Shown here: positions 1-10,902 of the stretch, in pieces | Layout: each line of letters starts with the position of its first letter | How positions within the stretch are numbered: position 1 is the stretch's first letter | DNA from: Gammaproteobacteria bacterium | Lineage (GTDB): Bacteria; Pseudomonadota; Gammaproteobacteria; Eutrophobiales; Eutrophobiaceae | Length of the DNA: 64,000 nt | Assembly (NCBI GenBank): GCA_965221695.1 | Contig: OZ244905.1 | Coordinates: forward strand, 960,001 to 1,024,000 | Direction of reading: 5' to 3' | Notes under the pieces: model-generated | What the model was told of the DNA's origin: nothing | What the model saw: the letters and a program-made list of their open reading frames with translations, nothing else | The model's database searches: none | Program-made: the position numbers and the translations under genes

Positions 1-37
1 TAATGGCTGCAGCAATTTCTCCCAAAGTCGCCGTCAT
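1..37 (-). CDS. lpxD: 5' end of UDP-3-O-acylglucosamine N-acyltransferase (runs off window)
   Basis: ATG at 37 reads MTATLGEIAAAI, LpxD-like N-terminus; canonical position after bamA-skp. Confidence 0.7.
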   Translation of the reverse strand, partial: MTATLGEIAAAI

Positions 38-52
38 GAATATAGCAAACCG

Positions 53-604
53 TCATTCAGCTCCGTCAACGTCTTTTCCCGAGGCATTTTCTTTCTTCAA
101 CTGATCTATCACAAGCTGTGATATATCCACTTTCGGGCTGGCATAGATCACACCTTCATTCAATATCATGTCAAAGCCGTTTTCGCGCGCGATCGTGTTG
201 ATGGCATCGACGATATCTTTCTGAATTTTTGCAATTTCTTCGTTTCTGCGAAAGGTCAGATCTTCGCGAAACTCATCCTGGTTGCGTTTCAGGTCGCGCC
301 GCTCATTCACAATGTCCCGCTCCAACTTGCTTCTTTCCGCTTCGCTCATGATGGGGGCATCCTTGGTTAATCTGTCTTCCATTTCTTTCAGCGTTTTCTG
401 ATTTTCCACCAGTTCCCGGTCCCGGGGAGCAAACTCTTTCTCAAGCAAACTGCGCATCTTCTCAGCCTGGGGGGACTGTTCCAAGATGCGTATGGCATTC
501 ACGGCGCCAATTTTATAATCCTCGGCAATCACCTCAGGGAGTATGCCGACCGTTAAAACACATATCAGAAAACAGGTAAGCCTCATAGCGCTTATAGACT
601 CCAA
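53..604 (-). CDS. skp: Periplasmic chaperone Skp/OmpH
   Basis: Signal peptide, KIGAVN start, long coiled coil, GFDMIL...VDIS end; follows bamA. Confidence 0.93.
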   Translation of the reverse strand: MESISAMRLTCFLICVLTVGILPEVIAEDYKIGAVNAIRILEQSPQAEKMRSLLEKEFAPRDRELVENQKTLKEMEDRLTKDAPIMSEAERSKLERDIVNERRDLKRNQDEFREDLTFRRNEEIAKIQKDIVDAINTIARENGFDMILNEGVIYASPKVDISQLVIDQLKKENASGKDVDGAE

Positions 605-627
605 TTAATATAAAAGAACATTATTCT

Positions 628-2961
628 CTAAAATGTTGAACCAAAGGTGAACTGGAACGGCTGTGTCTCATCTCCTTCCTGGTCTCCAATGGGCTTCGCT
701 ATACTAACACTTACCAGACCAAAAGGTGATATCCAGATACCGCTCAAACCCGTAGAATACCTTAGTTCACTGAATTCGAACGATTCATCGCTGGAAAAAA
801 CATTGCCGCCGTCAAAAAACGCGGCGAACCTGACCTGTTTGAAGTCCTTCAGAAACGGCAGTGGAAAAATCATTTCCGCGCCGCCGGTCACCCTGATATT
901 ACCACCCAAGGGCCGCCGCCTGGTTCCTCCCTGCACCGGGGTATCTTTTGGTCCCAGCGTATTCTCCTCGTAACCGCGTACCGATCTCGGTCCGCCGGCA
1001 TAGAAGTTTTCAAAAAACGGGAGTTCATCGGTGCCGAACAGGCCGCTCCCATACCCCAAGTCGCCTTTTACGGTAAATATGAAGTCGCGCAGCACCGGAT
1101 GATACCATTGAGTCCGGTAGCCGATCTTGAAAAACTCCAGGGAGTTGCCGAATGATGGAACCGCTATTTCCGAGCTGAACCGGTGCTGTACGCCCCGGGT
1201 CGGTAATATCGCACGGTTACGGGTATCGTAGGAAAATGCCGCAGAAAGTCTCAGAATATCGAATTTGCTGCCTTCCCGTTCAATAAAATCCCTGACCTGC
1301 TCGGCAAAGAACCGATCTTCGGACAAGCCGGTGTTTTCATAGCCGAAAGCAACACTAATGAAGTTATATTCAGTCACCGGAACGCCGAAACTGACGCCTG
1401 CGCCTATTACCCGGCTGTCGAACGCGGTAATGTTCGCGTCATACGCCTCGGTTTCCTGGTAATTGACGTTGAAGCCGCGGCTTATGCCGTCAACGGTGTA
1501 GTACGGGTTCACGTAACCCAGTGCAAACCTGCGGTTGATATCACTGTTGTTGAACGCAAACTGTATGCGTTTCCCGGAACCCAGGAAGTTGTCCTGGGTA
1601 ATACTGGTCTGGAATATCAGCCCCTGGTTCTGGGAAAAACCCAGGCCGGCAAGAAAATTGCCGAACGGCTTTTCCGTCACCGTATAATTGACGTCAACCT
1701 GGTCCGCAGAACCCGCTATAGCCGGTGTCTCTACGTTGACTTCTTCAAAAAACCCCAGCCGCTGCAGCCTGATCTTCCCTCGCTCCACCTTGGGAGTTGA
1801 AATCCAACCCCCTTCATGCTGACGCATTTCCCGTCTCAACACCTCATCCCTGGTTCTGGTATTGCCGGAAAAATTGATCCGTCTGACATAAACCCTTTTG
1901 CCGGGGTCGACAAAAAACGTGACTTCAACCGTATTGTCATCTTCATTGATGTCGGGGATGGAATTGACGTTGGCAAACGCATAGCCGGAACTACCCAGCC
2001 GATCTGTCATGCGCTCGCTGCTGTCAGTCACCTGTTTGCGGGAAAACAGACTGCCTTTGGCGATGCTGACCAGGTTATATAATTGTTGTTCCGGAAGAAT
2101 GAATTCGCCTGCAAGTTTGACCCCGGACACCATGTACTGGCCACCCTCAGTGATATTGATTGTGATGTAAATATCTTTCTTGTCGGGCGTGATTGACACC
2201 TGAGTGGAGTCAATACTGAAGTTCACGTAACCCCGGTCGAGATAAAACGAGCGTAGTGTTTCCAGATCGCCCGACAATTTCTGACGCGAGTACTGGTCAT
2301 CCTTGGTAAAAAAGGAAAGCAGGCCTGGCTTGGACAATTCAAATTCGTCCAGCAGATCGTCTTCTCTGTAGGATTGGTTGCCGACGATATTGATCTGCTT
2401 GATACGCGCCGCCTTGCCTTCCGATATTTCTATGGATACGGCGACGCGGTTATTGGACAATGGGGTCACTTCCGAGTTGATGTTCAGCGCATATTTGCCG
2501 GCGGAAAAATATTGCCTGCGCAATTCTCGTTCCAGCCCGTCCAGTTGCGACTGGTCGAAAACCCTTCCCTCCGCAAAACCGATCTGGTTCAGACCATCCA
2601 GCAAATCCTCGGTCTTGATATCCTTGTTGCCGCTGATTTCAATACTGCCTATCGCCGCGCGCTCCTTGAGAACAATCACCAGGACATTGCCGTCCCGCTT
2701 AAGTTGTACATCATCGAAGAAGCCTGTTTTGAACAGCGCGCTAACCGCTTCGGAGGATACCTCGGAGCTGAAAGTATCGCCTACTTCCAGCGGCAAGTAG
2801 TTGAATACGGTTCCCGGGGTAAGCCGTTGCAATCCTTCCACCCGTATATCCTCGATGATGAATTCTTGCGCGGCAAGACCGTGAGTAACGCCGGCAAGCA
2901 TCAGCGCCAGCAAAAAAGATTTACAAAAGTATGAATTTATTACTTTCGGCAACATGTTCAA
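628..2961 (-). CDS. bamA: Outer membrane protein assembly factor BamA
   Basis: IEDIRVEGLQR POTRA start, VRGY motif, C-terminal FQFTFGSTF. Confidence 0.98.
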   Translation of the reverse strand: MNMLPKVINSYFCKSFLLALMLAGVTHGLAAQEFIIEDIRVEGLQRLTPGTVFNYLPLEVGDTFSSEVSSEAVSALFKTGFFDDVQLKRDGNVLVIVLKERAAIGSIEISGNKDIKTEDLLDGLNQIGFAEGRVFDQSQLDGLERELRRQYFSAGKYALNINSEVTPLSNNRVAVSIEISEGKAARIKQINIVGNQSYREDDLLDEFELSKPGLLSFFTKDDQYSRQKLSGDLETLRSFYLDRGYVNFSIDSTQVSITPDKKDIYITINITEGGQYMVSGVKLAGEFILPEQQLYNLVSIAKGSLFSRKQVTDSSERMTDRLGSSGYAFANVNSIPDINEDDNTVEVTFFVDPGKRVYVRRINFSGNTRTRDEVLRREMRQHEGGWISTPKVERGKIRLQRLGFFEEVNVETPAIAGSADQVDVNYTVTEKPFGNFLAGLGFSQNQGLIFQTSITQDNFLGSGKRIQFAFNNSDINRRFALGYVNPYYTVDGISRGFNVNYQETEAYDANITAFDSRVIGAGVSFGVPVTEYNFISVAFGYENTGLSEDRFFAEQVRDFIEREGSKFDILRLSAAFSYDTRNRAILPTRGVQHRFSSEIAVPSFGNSLEFFKIGYRTQWYHPVLRDFIFTVKGDLGYGSGLFGTDELPFFENFYAGGPRSVRGYEENTLGPKDTPVQGGTRRRPLGGNIRVTGGAEMIFPLPFLKDFKQVRFAAFFDGGNVFSSDESFEFSELRYSTGLSGIWISPFGLVSVSIAKPIGDQEGDETQPFQFTFGSTF

Positions 2962-3017
2962 TATGATAAACCACTGCGACCGACAAATCCATCACCTTAT
3001 ACACCGCAACCGGAACG

Positions 3018-4388
3018 TCACCCTGCAAGCCTTGAGATGTCGTTAAAAATAGCCACGGCCATTAAGCTGAATAACAATACCAGACCGATGCGTTGACCCA
3101 GTAGCTCCGTGGAAGCTGATACCGGGCTACCCTTGACAAATTCAATACAATAATAGAACAGGTGACCGCCGTCCAGTAACGGCACAGGCAACAGGTTCAA
3201 CACTGCCAGACTGATGCTGACGATAGCCAGGAAACCAAGGAAGGCGACCAGGCCCATCTGCGCGGTCTGCCCCGCAAACTGGGCTATGCTGACCGGGCCA
3301 CTCAGGTTCTTCAGCGATGCCTGGCCAGTTATCATCCGTCCCAGGATCTGCAGGGTAATAACCGTCATGTCAATGGTTTTTCCAATCCCTTTTGCCAGCG
3401 CGCTATGCAGCGGATATGACTCGGTCGCAAACAGGTATTGATCCATGTCGTAGTCAGGCTCTAGGCTCGCCCCGATGAAGCCGATTTTATCTCCCTGCTC
3501 GGTGACCCTGGCCTCGGGTGTGATGATTAGTTCCACGATCTGGCCAGCCCTGGAAAGACTGACAACCAGCGGCGTTTCCGGCGCGGCCCTGACCAGCTCA
3601 ACCCAGCCTTGCCAGTCCTGCACGGGTATGCCGTCCACGGTTATTATCCTGTCGCCTTGTTCCAGACCGGCCTGCCAGGCGCGCCCCTGGTAGGTTAACG
3701 CGCCAATGATTGGGGCCGCCACAGGCCGCGCAGGCTCAATGCCCAGCAGGCTCAGCAGACTGCTCCCGGCCATGGCATCTATCGGTATCTGCGCTAGTTC
3801 GACATCCTCCAAGCGCGCATGCCCCTGCGTGTCTTTTACCCTGACTGTCGCCGTACTGCGGTCAACAACCCCGGCGATCAGTAGTTCCATGGCCGAATTC
3901 CAGGTCGGCGTGGCCCGCCCGTTGATTTCCAAAATCTCATCATGCGCTTGAAAACCCGCGCGCGCGGCCATCGAATCTTCCTGCACAGAACCGATGACGG
4001 GTTTGAGACCGGTTATTCCGACCATATAGATAATCCAGTAGGCCAACGCCGCAAAGATGAAGTTGAATATCGGTCCCGCGGCGACGATCGCGACCCGAGC
4101 GCCAAGCGTTTTGTTATTGAATGCCCTGGCTCGTTCCGCCGCAGTGACGCTTCCCTCGCGCTCGTCCAGCATTTTCACATACCCTCCAAGCGGAATTGCG
4201 CCAATGACAAATTCCGTGTTGTCATGGCCGAATTTTCTACTCCAGAGCGCGCGACCAAAACCAACAGAAAATTTCAGGATTTTCACGTCAAAGCGCCTGG
4301 CGACGAGGAAATGTCCGAGTTCATGGAAAGTGATCAGGGTTCCCAGCGCGAGAATAAAAGCGACGATCATTTGCAATGCAGCCATCAT
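3018..4388 (-). CDS. rseP: Intramembrane metalloprotease RseP
   Basis: [16 protein letters not shown], two PDZ-like regions; start chosen at ATG overlapping dxr stop. Confidence 0.96.
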   Translation of the reverse strand: MMAALQMIVAFILALGTLITFHELGHFLVARRFDVKILKFSVGFGRALWSRKFGHDNTEFVIGAIPLGGYVKMLDEREGSVTAAERARAFNNKTLGARVAIVAAGPIFNFIFAALAYWIIYMVGITGLKPVIGSVQEDSMAARAGFQAHDEILEINGRATPTWNSAMELLIAGVVDRSTATVRVKDTQGHARLEDVELAQIPIDAMAGSSLLSLLGIEPARPVAAPIIGALTYQGRAWQAGLEQGDRIITVDGIPVQDWQGWVELVRAAPETPLVVSLSRAGQIVELIITPEARVTEQGDKIGFIGASLEPDYDMDQYLFATESYPLHSALAKGIGKTIDMTVITLQILGRMITGQASLKNLSGPVSIAQFAGQTAQMGLVAFLGFLAIVSISLAVLNLLPVPLLDGGHLFYYCIEFVKGSPVSASTELLGQRIGLVLLFSLMAVAIFNDISRLAG

Positions 4389-5566
4389 GAGCGCAACTCC
4401 CGGCATTGCTCCCGCGCGTAATCCCTGGAACATTGATCCGCATTGAGAATATGCTCCAGTGTAGCAGCCGGTTGCGCGCAGACGCCATCCAAAGCGCGTT
4501 GTACCACTTCAGCAATCTCCGTGAACCTGAGCCGGCCTTCCAGAAACTCCTCGACCGCAACTTCATTGGCGCCATTCAGTATGGTGGTGGCCGTTCCACC
4601 TGCGGCGAATGCCTGCCTTGCCAAACCGAGACATGGGAATCTGTCGGGGTCAGGTTTTTCAAAATTCAATTGTGATATATCAAACAGACTCAACTTTTTA
4701 ACTCCTGATTCGATCCGCCCAGGCCAACCCATGACATGGGCAATCGGTGTTCGCATGTCCGGGTTACCAAGCTGCGCCAGCATTGAGCCGTCGGAATACT
4801 CAACCAGGGAATGCACAATACTTTCCGGATGTATGACCACTTCAATATTGTCTATGCCGGTATTGAATAACCAGCAGGCTTCAATAACTTCCAGTCCTTT
4901 GTTCATCATAGTAGCAGAATCCACCGATATTTTCCTTCCCATATCCCAGTTGGGGTGGGCGCAGGCCTGCGCCGCAGTCACATCCCGCAACTCCTGCAAA
5001 CGCCGGGTGCGGAACGGTCCACCGGACGCAGTCAGCATGATGCGAGTGACCCCGGCGCGCTCCAGGCTGCCGTCGAAATCCGGCGGCATGCACTGGAATA
5101 TGGCATTGTGCTCGCTGTCGACTGGCAGCAGAACGGCGCCGTTCTCTCTTACTGCGTCCATGAACAGTCCGCCGGACATCACCAACGACTCCTTGTTGGC
5201 CAGCAATACTCGCTTGCCGGCGCGCGCCGCGGCCAATGTGGGAAGCAAACCCGCTGCTCCGACGATTGCCGCCATCACATAGTCTGTCTCAGCGCAGCTT
5301 GCGACCTCTTGCAAGCCCGCTACGCCTGACATCACCCGGATTTCAGGCGCCGGACGCCGCAAAGCATCTTGCAGGCGGCGCGCCGAGTCCGGGTCTACCA
5401 TGACTGCATACTGCGGTCGCCATGCAAGACATTGCTCCAGCAGGTTCGTAACATTGGTATTTGCCGTGAGCGCAACCAGTTCAAACCTTTCCCTGTGTCT
5501 GGACATGACGTCCAGCGTGCTCAGCCCGATACTCCCGGTTGATCCCAGGATCGTGATACCGGTCAT
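4385..5566 (-). CDS. dxr: 1-deoxy-D-xylulose 5-phosphate reductoisomerase
   Basis: [41 protein letters not shown]; start MTGITILG. Confidence 0.98.
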   Translation of the reverse strand: MTGITILGSTGSIGLSTLDVMSRHRERFELVALTANTNVTNLLEQCLAWRPQYAVMVDPDSARRLQDALRRPAPEIRVMSGVAGLQEVASCAETDYVMAAIVGAAGLLPTLAAARAGKRVLLANKESLVMSGGLFMDAVRENGAVLLPVDSEHNAIFQCMPPDFDGSLERAGVTRIMLTASGGPFRTRRLQELRDVTAAQACAHPNWDMGRKISVDSATMMNKGLEVIEACWLFNTGIDNIEVVIHPESIVHSLVEYSDGSMLAQLGNPDMRTPIAHVMGWPGRIESGVKKLSLFDISQLNFEKPDPDRFPCLGLARQAFAAGGTATTILNGANEVAVEEFLEGRLRFTEIAEVVQRALDGVCAQPAATLEHILNADQCSRDYAREQCRELRS

Positions 5567-6399
5567 AACGCGTGCTCCAGCAACAGGACACCGCTGAAAT
5601 ACACCGGCGCAGCGGCAGTGAGGCTGTCTATCCGGTCCAAGGCGCCACCGTGTCCCGGCAATAATTCGCCACTGTCTTTGACTCCCGCGCCGCGCTTGAT
5701 CAGGCTCTCGGTCAAATCTCCGATCACGGACGCGGCAATGGCGATCGCGCAGACCAACAAAAACAGTAACAATTCGACCAAGCTCATTGGCAGCCATAGC
5801 AGCGCGCACAGCAGCGCCGCAACCAGGCCAAAACTAAACGCGCCGAATAGTCCCTCGCGGGTCTTTCCCGGACTGATGTGAACAGCAAGTTTATGCCTGC
5901 CCCATCGTTGGCCGATAAAATAGGCCCCACTGTCAGCAGACCAGATCACAATGAATAAACAGGCCACCAGCACAGGCCCGTCAAAATCGGCATGGGCGCG
6001 CAACGCCACCAGCGATACCCAGGCGGGAACCAGCACGATCATGCAGATAACCGCTTGTGACAGGAAGCCGGGATTGAATTTTCTTCCATCCTTCCTGCTT
6101 ATGACCAGAAACGCGGCTGTCACCCACCAGAACAGCGCCAAAATCACGATATACAAGGTCAATACGCTGTCAATATGGTAATAACATACCGATAGAAGCA
6201 ATGCTGTCAAAACCTGCGCGAATATTTTCCGGCTGATGCCGCGCGCGTCAGCCATACCCGCCCACTCCCAGGTCCCCGCCAGTATTAACAGCGCGCACAA
6301 CCCGACAAACAACAGTTGTGAACCGAAAAGGGTAATTCCCAGCGCCAATGGTATCAACGCCAGGGCGGTACCAACCCGAGGCTCAATCCGGAGTTTCAT
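5563..6399 (-). CDS. cdsA: Phosphatidate cytidylyltransferase
   Basis: Hydrophobic; [27 protein letters not shown]; start approximate. Confidence 0.95.
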   Translation of the reverse strand: MKLRIEPRVGTALALIPLALGITLFGSQLLFVGLCALLILAGTWEWAGMADARGISRKIFAQVLTALLLSVCYYHIDSVLTLYIVILALFWWVTAAFLVISRKDGRKFNPGFLSQAVICMIVLVPAWVSLVALRAHADFDGPVLVACLFIVIWSADSGAYFIGQRWGRHKLAVHISPGKTREGLFGAFSFGLVAALLCALLWLPMSLVELLLFLLVCAIAIAASVIGDLTESLIKRGAGVKDSGELLPGHGGALDRIDSLTAAAPVYFSGVLLLEHAL

Positions 6400-7111
6400 T
6401 TTGTCCGATCTGTTCCGAAGTACGGCCAAAACGGCGCTGCCTGCCGACATAGGATTCAAGCGCCTTGTCGTATTCTGCCATGTTGAAATCCGGCCAGTAC
6501 ACATCAGTAAAATACATTTCCGTATAAGCGAGCTGCCACAACAGAAAATTGCTGATACGAACTTCTCCGCCGGTTCGGATAAAGAGGTCAGGATAATCCG
6601 GCAAGTCCAGGCAGTTTCTGAAGGACTCTTCCGATATCTTATCAATGCCCTGCTGACCTGGCGGCAATGCGGCAAAGAGTTTTTTGCAGGCGGAGACGAT
6701 TTCCCGGCGACCGCCGTAATTGATTGCGATAACAAGGTTCAAGCCGTAATTTTCCGAGGTTCTGCGCCCGGCCTGCGCAACCAGGGATTGCAATTCATCA
6801 GGAAAGACAGAGATATCGCCGATAAATGACAAGCGCACATTATTTTTGTCCAGCGCCTCGATTTCTTCATCCAAGGCAACCAGCAACAGCTCTATCAATA
6901 ATGCCACTTCAGCATCCGGGCGCAGCCAGTTTTCGCTACTGAACACATACACGGTAAGCATCCTGATGCCGCGCCGAATACTGTGCTCGACCGTTTCCCG
7001 TAAGGCAACTATACCAGCCTCGTGGCCAGCAGCGCGGGGCATTCCCCTGCTCTTTGCCCATCTGCCGTTGCCATCCATGACGATGGCCACGTGCCCAGGC
7101 ATGATTTCCAT
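6383..7111 (-). CDS. uppS: Undecaprenyl diphosphate synthase
   Basis: HVAIVMDGNGRWA, FSSENW, DLFIRTGGEVRISNFLLWQ. Confidence 0.97.
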   Translation of the reverse strand: MEIMPGHVAIVMDGNGRWAKSRGMPRAAGHEAGIVALRETVEHSIRRGIRMLTVYVFSSENWLRPDAEVALLIELLLVALDEEIEALDKNNVRLSFIGDISVFPDELQSLVAQAGRRTSENYGLNLVIAINYGGRREIVSACKKLFAALPPGQQGIDKISEESFRNCLDLPDYPDLFIRTGGEVRISNFLLWQLAYTEMYFTDVYWPDFNMAEYDKALESYVGRQRRFGRTSEQIGQNETPD

Positions 7112-7163
7112 CAGTTCCGATATTGCGCCAATGAATGCGAGGTAAGCACAGGGGTAATCCGGG

Positions 7164-7721
7164 CTAAATTTCCATCAATTCCATTTCCTTATCCTTGAGT
7201 ATTTCCTCTATCTCTTCAATATGTGTATCCGTGAGCTTTTGTATCCTGTCTTCATTCCGGCGGTCGTCATCTTCCGTAATCAGCTTTTCCTTTAACATAT
7301 CTTTGATATGATGGTTTGCATCCCGACGGATGTTGCGCAACGCAATCCTGGCTTTTTCCGCCTCGGACCTGACCACCCGGGTCAGTTCCTTCCTGCGCTC
7401 CTCGGTCAGCGCCGGCAAGGGCACCCGCATAATGTTCCCTGTGCTAACCGGATTCAAGCCCAGGTCGGAATTTAGTATAGCCTTCTCGATTCCCCCGGCC
7501 ATATTCTTGTCCCATGGCGCTACGCCCAGCGTGCGCGCGTCCAGCACACTGATATTCGCCGCCTGGTTCAATGGAACCTGGCTGCCATAATAATCGACGA
7601 TGATATGCTCCAGCAGACTCGGATGAGCGCGACCGGTGCGGATTTTACTAAGTTCGCTACGCAGCGCTCTGAGTGTTTTATGCATCCGCTGGTCAGCATC
7701 TTTGAGTATATCTTCAATCAT
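7164..7721 (-). CDS. frr: Ribosome recycling factor
   Basis: [28 protein letters not shown]. Confidence 0.98.
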   Translation of the reverse strand: MIEDILKDADQRMHKTLRALRSELSKIRTGRAHPSLLEHIIVDYYGSQVPLNQAANISVLDARTLGVAPWDKNMAGGIEKAILNSDLGLNPVSTGNIMRVPLPALTEERRKELTRVVRSEAEKARIALRNIRRDANHHIKDMLKEKLITEDDDRRNEDRIQKLTDTHIEEIEEILKDKEMELMEI

Positions 7722-8458
7722 GAGGTTTCTCCAAGGCTGGTCACAAGGGTCCCTTCAGGCATGCCTTCGGCAGCGCGCAGCAAAGCGCCTGGTTGCATCA
7801 TGTTCAACACTCGTAGCGGCATGTTATTCTCGCGGCATAATACGATGGCTGTGGTATCCATCACTGCCAACTTGCGTTCAATAACATCATCATAACTCAA
7901 AACGTCAAATCGTTTTGCCGATTTGTCCAGCGCCGGGTCGGCGGAATAGATCCCGTCGACCTTGGTCGCCTTGATCAACAGGTCTGCAGTGATCTCGACG
8001 GCTCTAAGGCTTGCGGCTGAATCCGTGGTAAAAAAAGGATTGCCAGTTCCGGCCGCAAAAATTACCACGCGCCCTTTTTCCAGGTGGCGCACCGCCCGCC
8101 TCCTGATATAATCCTCGCACACTTCGTTGATTTCGATGGCCGACATGACCCGAGCATAGCAGCCGAGTTGCTCCAGGGCATCCTGTAATGCCAGAGAGTT
8201 CATGATGGTGGCCAGCATGCCCATGTGGTCCGCGGTCACCCGGTCGATGCCTGCGGCGGCCAATCCTGAACCGCGGAAGAAATTTCCCGCACCCAGAACA
8301 AGGGCTATTTCGGCGCCGTTCAGTCCAAGTTCGCGAATTTCGCCCGCGAGTCGCTTTATCGTGGCAGGATCGATACCGTAAGCGGCTTCGCCCATGAGCG
8401 CTTCACCGCTCAGCTTTATCAAAATTCTTCGATAGCGCAGTTCCGAAACGTCAGGCAA
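7718..8458 (-). CDS. pyrH: UMP kinase
   Basis: [28 protein letters not shown]. Confidence 0.98.
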   Translation of the reverse strand: MPDVSELRYRRILIKLSGEALMGEAAYGIDPATIKRLAGEIRELGLNGAEIALVLGAGNFFRGSGLAAAGIDRVTADHMGMLATIMNSLALQDALEQLGCYARVMSAIEINEVCEDYIRRRAVRHLEKGRVVIFAAGTGNPFFTTDSAASLRAVEITADLLIKATKVDGIYSADPALDKSAKRFDVLSYDDVIERKLAVMDTTAIVLCRENNMPLRVLNMMQPGALLRAAEGMPEGTLVTSLGETS

Positions 8459-8472
8459 AACCTGGTTACTCC

Positions 8473-9375
8473 TTAACCGGTGGACTGCGCCAGTCCGGCC
8501 TGTTGCATGACTTCAGCGGCAAAATTGTCCTCTTTCTTTTCCAGTCCCTCACCGACTTCATAGCGAATGAAGCCGTTCACCTGCGCCTTATTCGTCTTTA
8601 ACAGTTCTGCAACGCTCAGGTCGGGATCCTTGACGAAAGCCTGCCCCAACAACGTATTTTCCCGCAGAAACTTCTTCATCCTGCCGGCTACCATTTTCTC
8701 GATGATCGTTTCCGGTTTCCCGGTTTGCCTGGCCTGGGCAAGCTGGATTTCCCGCTCTTTTTCCAGTACTTCGCCAGCGACATCCTGTTCATCTACACAC
8801 AGCGGATTAGCGGCTGCAATATGCATCGCGAGGTCCTTCGCCAACACCGGATTATCCGTGGACAGGTCCACTATCACGCCGATCCGTATGCCGTGAACAT
8901 AGACACCCAGGGTCCCGCTCTGGCTTTTTCGGATGCGCTCATGGCGGCGGATACTTATGTTTTCTCCCAGCTTGGTTACCAGTTCCTGCCTGGCTTCTTC
9001 CACTGACCGGGCTTTCTTCTCTTTCAGCGGCAAATCCGCCGATGTGCCCGAGCTTCCGTCGCCTTGATCCAGCAGCGCGCCCGCCAGCCCGTGAGCGAAC
9101 TGCTGAAAGTTCTCATCCCGGGCGACAAAGTCCGTTTCACAATTGACTTCCAGTATCACTGCCTCGCTGCCGGCGGCATCCTGTTCTATCACTATCGTGC
9201 CTTCAGCGGCAATACGCCCCGCTTTTTTTGCGGCTTTGGCCACACCGGATTTGCGCATCGCATCGATCGCGGCTTCAATGTCGCCGGCAGTCTCCTGCAA
9301 CGCCTTTTTACAATCCATCATGCCGGCGCCGGTGCGGTCCCGCAATTCTTTTACCATGGAAGCAGAAATTTGCAT
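8473..9375 (-). CDS. tsf: Elongation factor Ts
   Basis: [27 protein letters not shown]; start MQISASM. Confidence 0.98.
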   Translation of the reverse strand: MQISASMVKELRDRTGAGMMDCKKALQETAGDIEAAIDAMRKSGVAKAAKKAGRIAAEGTIVIEQDAAGSEAVILEVNCETDFVARDENFQQFAHGLAGALLDQGDGSSGTSADLPLKEKKARSVEEARQELVTKLGENISIRRHERIRKSQSGTLGVYVHGIRIGVIVDLSTDNPVLAKDLAMHIAAANPLCVDEQDVAGEVLEKEREIQLAQARQTGKPETIIEKMVAGRMKKFLRENTLLGQAFVKDPDLSVAELLKTNKAQVNGFIRYEVGEGLEKKEDNFAAEVMQQAGLAQSTG

Positions 9376-9382
9376 GTTATCC

Positions 9383-10708
9383 TCAGTCCTGTTTACTTTG
9401 ATCAGTTTGTTCAGTGGGGGTATTGTCCTGTTTTTTAGCAACTTTGGTTGTTTCCGTCTCCGCCTTCTGTTTGTGCTGGAAAAGTTTTATGTCGACCTTG
9501 CCTTCCGACACAAAAGTAATTCCCTCTTCAAGCAATCGCCGGCGCTGCTCTTCCCTCCTCTCCTTCATATCCTCCCTGATCAGTTCACCTGAACTGTAGA
9601 CAATTCTGTGCCAGGGCACATCGGTGTTGGTTAGAACATCAGGCAGCCGTGCCAGCGCCTGTCCCACACGTTGTGCCTTTCTGGAACCAAGCCCGGCCAG
9701 GTCGGCTATTTGGCCGTAGGTGTCGACCCGGCCACTCGGAACCTGTCTTACAACCTGATATATCGTATCGTCGAGATCCGCTTCTGGCTGCCCGGGGTCG
9801 GTCTGGCTCGCCTTAACCGCCGGTTCTCCGGTCTGCGCTTGTTGTTCCGCCACGGCTTCAGATCCTGCTCCGCTCTCAGTTTTCTGCGGTTCTGTCTTCT
9901 TCGCAGCCTTCCTTTCGGGCTTCTTTTTTATCTGGACTTTTTCCCGCTTCGTCTCGACAATGGGCGCGCCTTCGGCGTCCAGTTCGACAAATTCGTCCTT
10001 ATCCTCGCTCTCGCCCAAGAGCCCAACAGAGTCCTTGCCCGTCATAATCGCATCAGCAATGGCTTTTGTGTAGAACTTGATGGATCGTATGGCATCATCA
10101 TTGCCGGGGATGACATAATCCACACCGTCAGGACTGTTATTGCTGTCCACCACGCCGATCACGGGAATCTTCAGCTTGACCGCTTCACTGACAGCGATAT
10201 CCTCATACCCCACATCGATCACGAACAAGGCGTCAGGCCAGCCTTCCATATCCTTGATGCCGGACAGGTTCCGCTCCAGTTTTTCCAGTTCCCGCCGAAG
10301 GTACAATGCTTCCTTCTTGCTGACGCGCTCCATAGCCCCGTTACTCTGCATCTCCTCCAGCTCCCGCAGACGGTTAATGGACTTTTTCACTGTCTTGTAG
10401 TTGGTTAACAAGCCACCCAACCAGCGCAGGTTGATATACGGCATACCACAGCGTTGGGCTTCTTCACTGATGATCTGTTGTGCGGCGCGCTTCGTTCCTA
10501 CAAACAATATCTTTCCCTTGTTCGCAGACAGTTTGCCGACAAAATTCAGGGCTTCCTGGAACATCACCTTGGTTTTTTCAAGGTCGATGATATGTATTTT
10601 ATTTCGATGGCCGAACAGGTACCCGGCCATTTTGGGATTCCAAGAGCGGGTCTGGTGGCCAAAATGCACACCCGCTTCCAGCATCTCGCGCATGCTGATA
10701 TCAGTCAT
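9383..10708 (-). CDS. rpsB: 30S ribosomal protein S2 with long C-terminal extension containing an alkyltransferase-like (ATL) domain
   Basis: [35 protein letters not shown]; frame stays open for about 200 more codons including VPWHRIV. Confidence 0.97.
   Translation of the reverse strand: MTDISMREMLEAGVHFGHQTRSWNPKMAGYLFGHRNKIHIIDLEKTKVMFQEALNFVGKLSANKGKILFVGTKRAAQQIISEEAQRCGMPYINLRWLGGLLTNYKTVKKSINRLRELEEMQSNGAMERVSKKEALYLRRELEKLERNLSGIKDMEGWPDALFVIDVGYEDIAVSEAVKLKIPVIGVVDSNNSPDGVDYVIPGNDDAIRSIKFYTKAIADAIMTGKDSVGLLGESEDKDEFVELDAEGAPIVETKREKVQIKKKPERKAAKKTEPQKTESGAGSEAVAEQQAQTGEPAVKASQTDPGQPEADLDDTIYQVVRQVPSGRVDTYGQIADLAGLGSRKAQRVGQALARLPDVLTNTDVPWHRIVYSSGELIREDMKERREEQRRRLLEEGITFVSEGKVDIKLFQHKQKAETETTKVAKKQDNTPTEQTDQSKQD
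9470..9775 (-). other. ATL/YbaZ-type (Ogt DNA-binding fold) domain within the S2 ORF
   Basis: [24 protein letters not shown]...VGQAL...VPWHRIV...G...[10 protein letters not shown]...GKVDI matches the ATL pattern end to end; Trp replaces the catalytic Cys of PCHR. Confidence 0.9.
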
Positions 10709-10845
10709 AAAACATACTCCGGACAGGGTTAAACTTACGCGCATCACACATATCACCCGGCTGGTCGTAAATCGGACAGCCAGGACCCGGATATGCGATC
10801 TATTAATGAATGCGCGCGTGGATTTACGGCTTCACTTGCTTTGAC
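10709..10845 (-). ncRNA. rpsB 5' leader (t44/S2 autoregulatory element-like)
   Basis: Long hairpin (GCGCATT...CCGGGT...CCGGGTGATATGTGTGATGCGC) followed by AAGTTTAACCC, in the position of the gammaproteobacterial rpsB leader; boundaries approximate. Confidence 0.6.
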
Positions 10846-10849
10846 AGCA

Positions 10850-10863
10850 GGCGCTTTATAACA
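10850..10863 (-). promoter_or_regulatory. Extended -10 promoter of rpsB-tsf
   Basis: TGTTATAAA followed by GC-rich discriminator GCGCC, like known rpsB promoters. Confidence 0.65.
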
Positions 10864-10902
10864 TAGAAGGCTTGTGGAAACAAATCTTTCCGTTTACATG
10901 TT

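Noticed and set aside
9470-9775. Domain as an active methyltransferase (Ogt/Ada) or a separate gene
   Set aside because: Trp replaces the acceptor Cys; there is no stop before it and no own start codon or RBS
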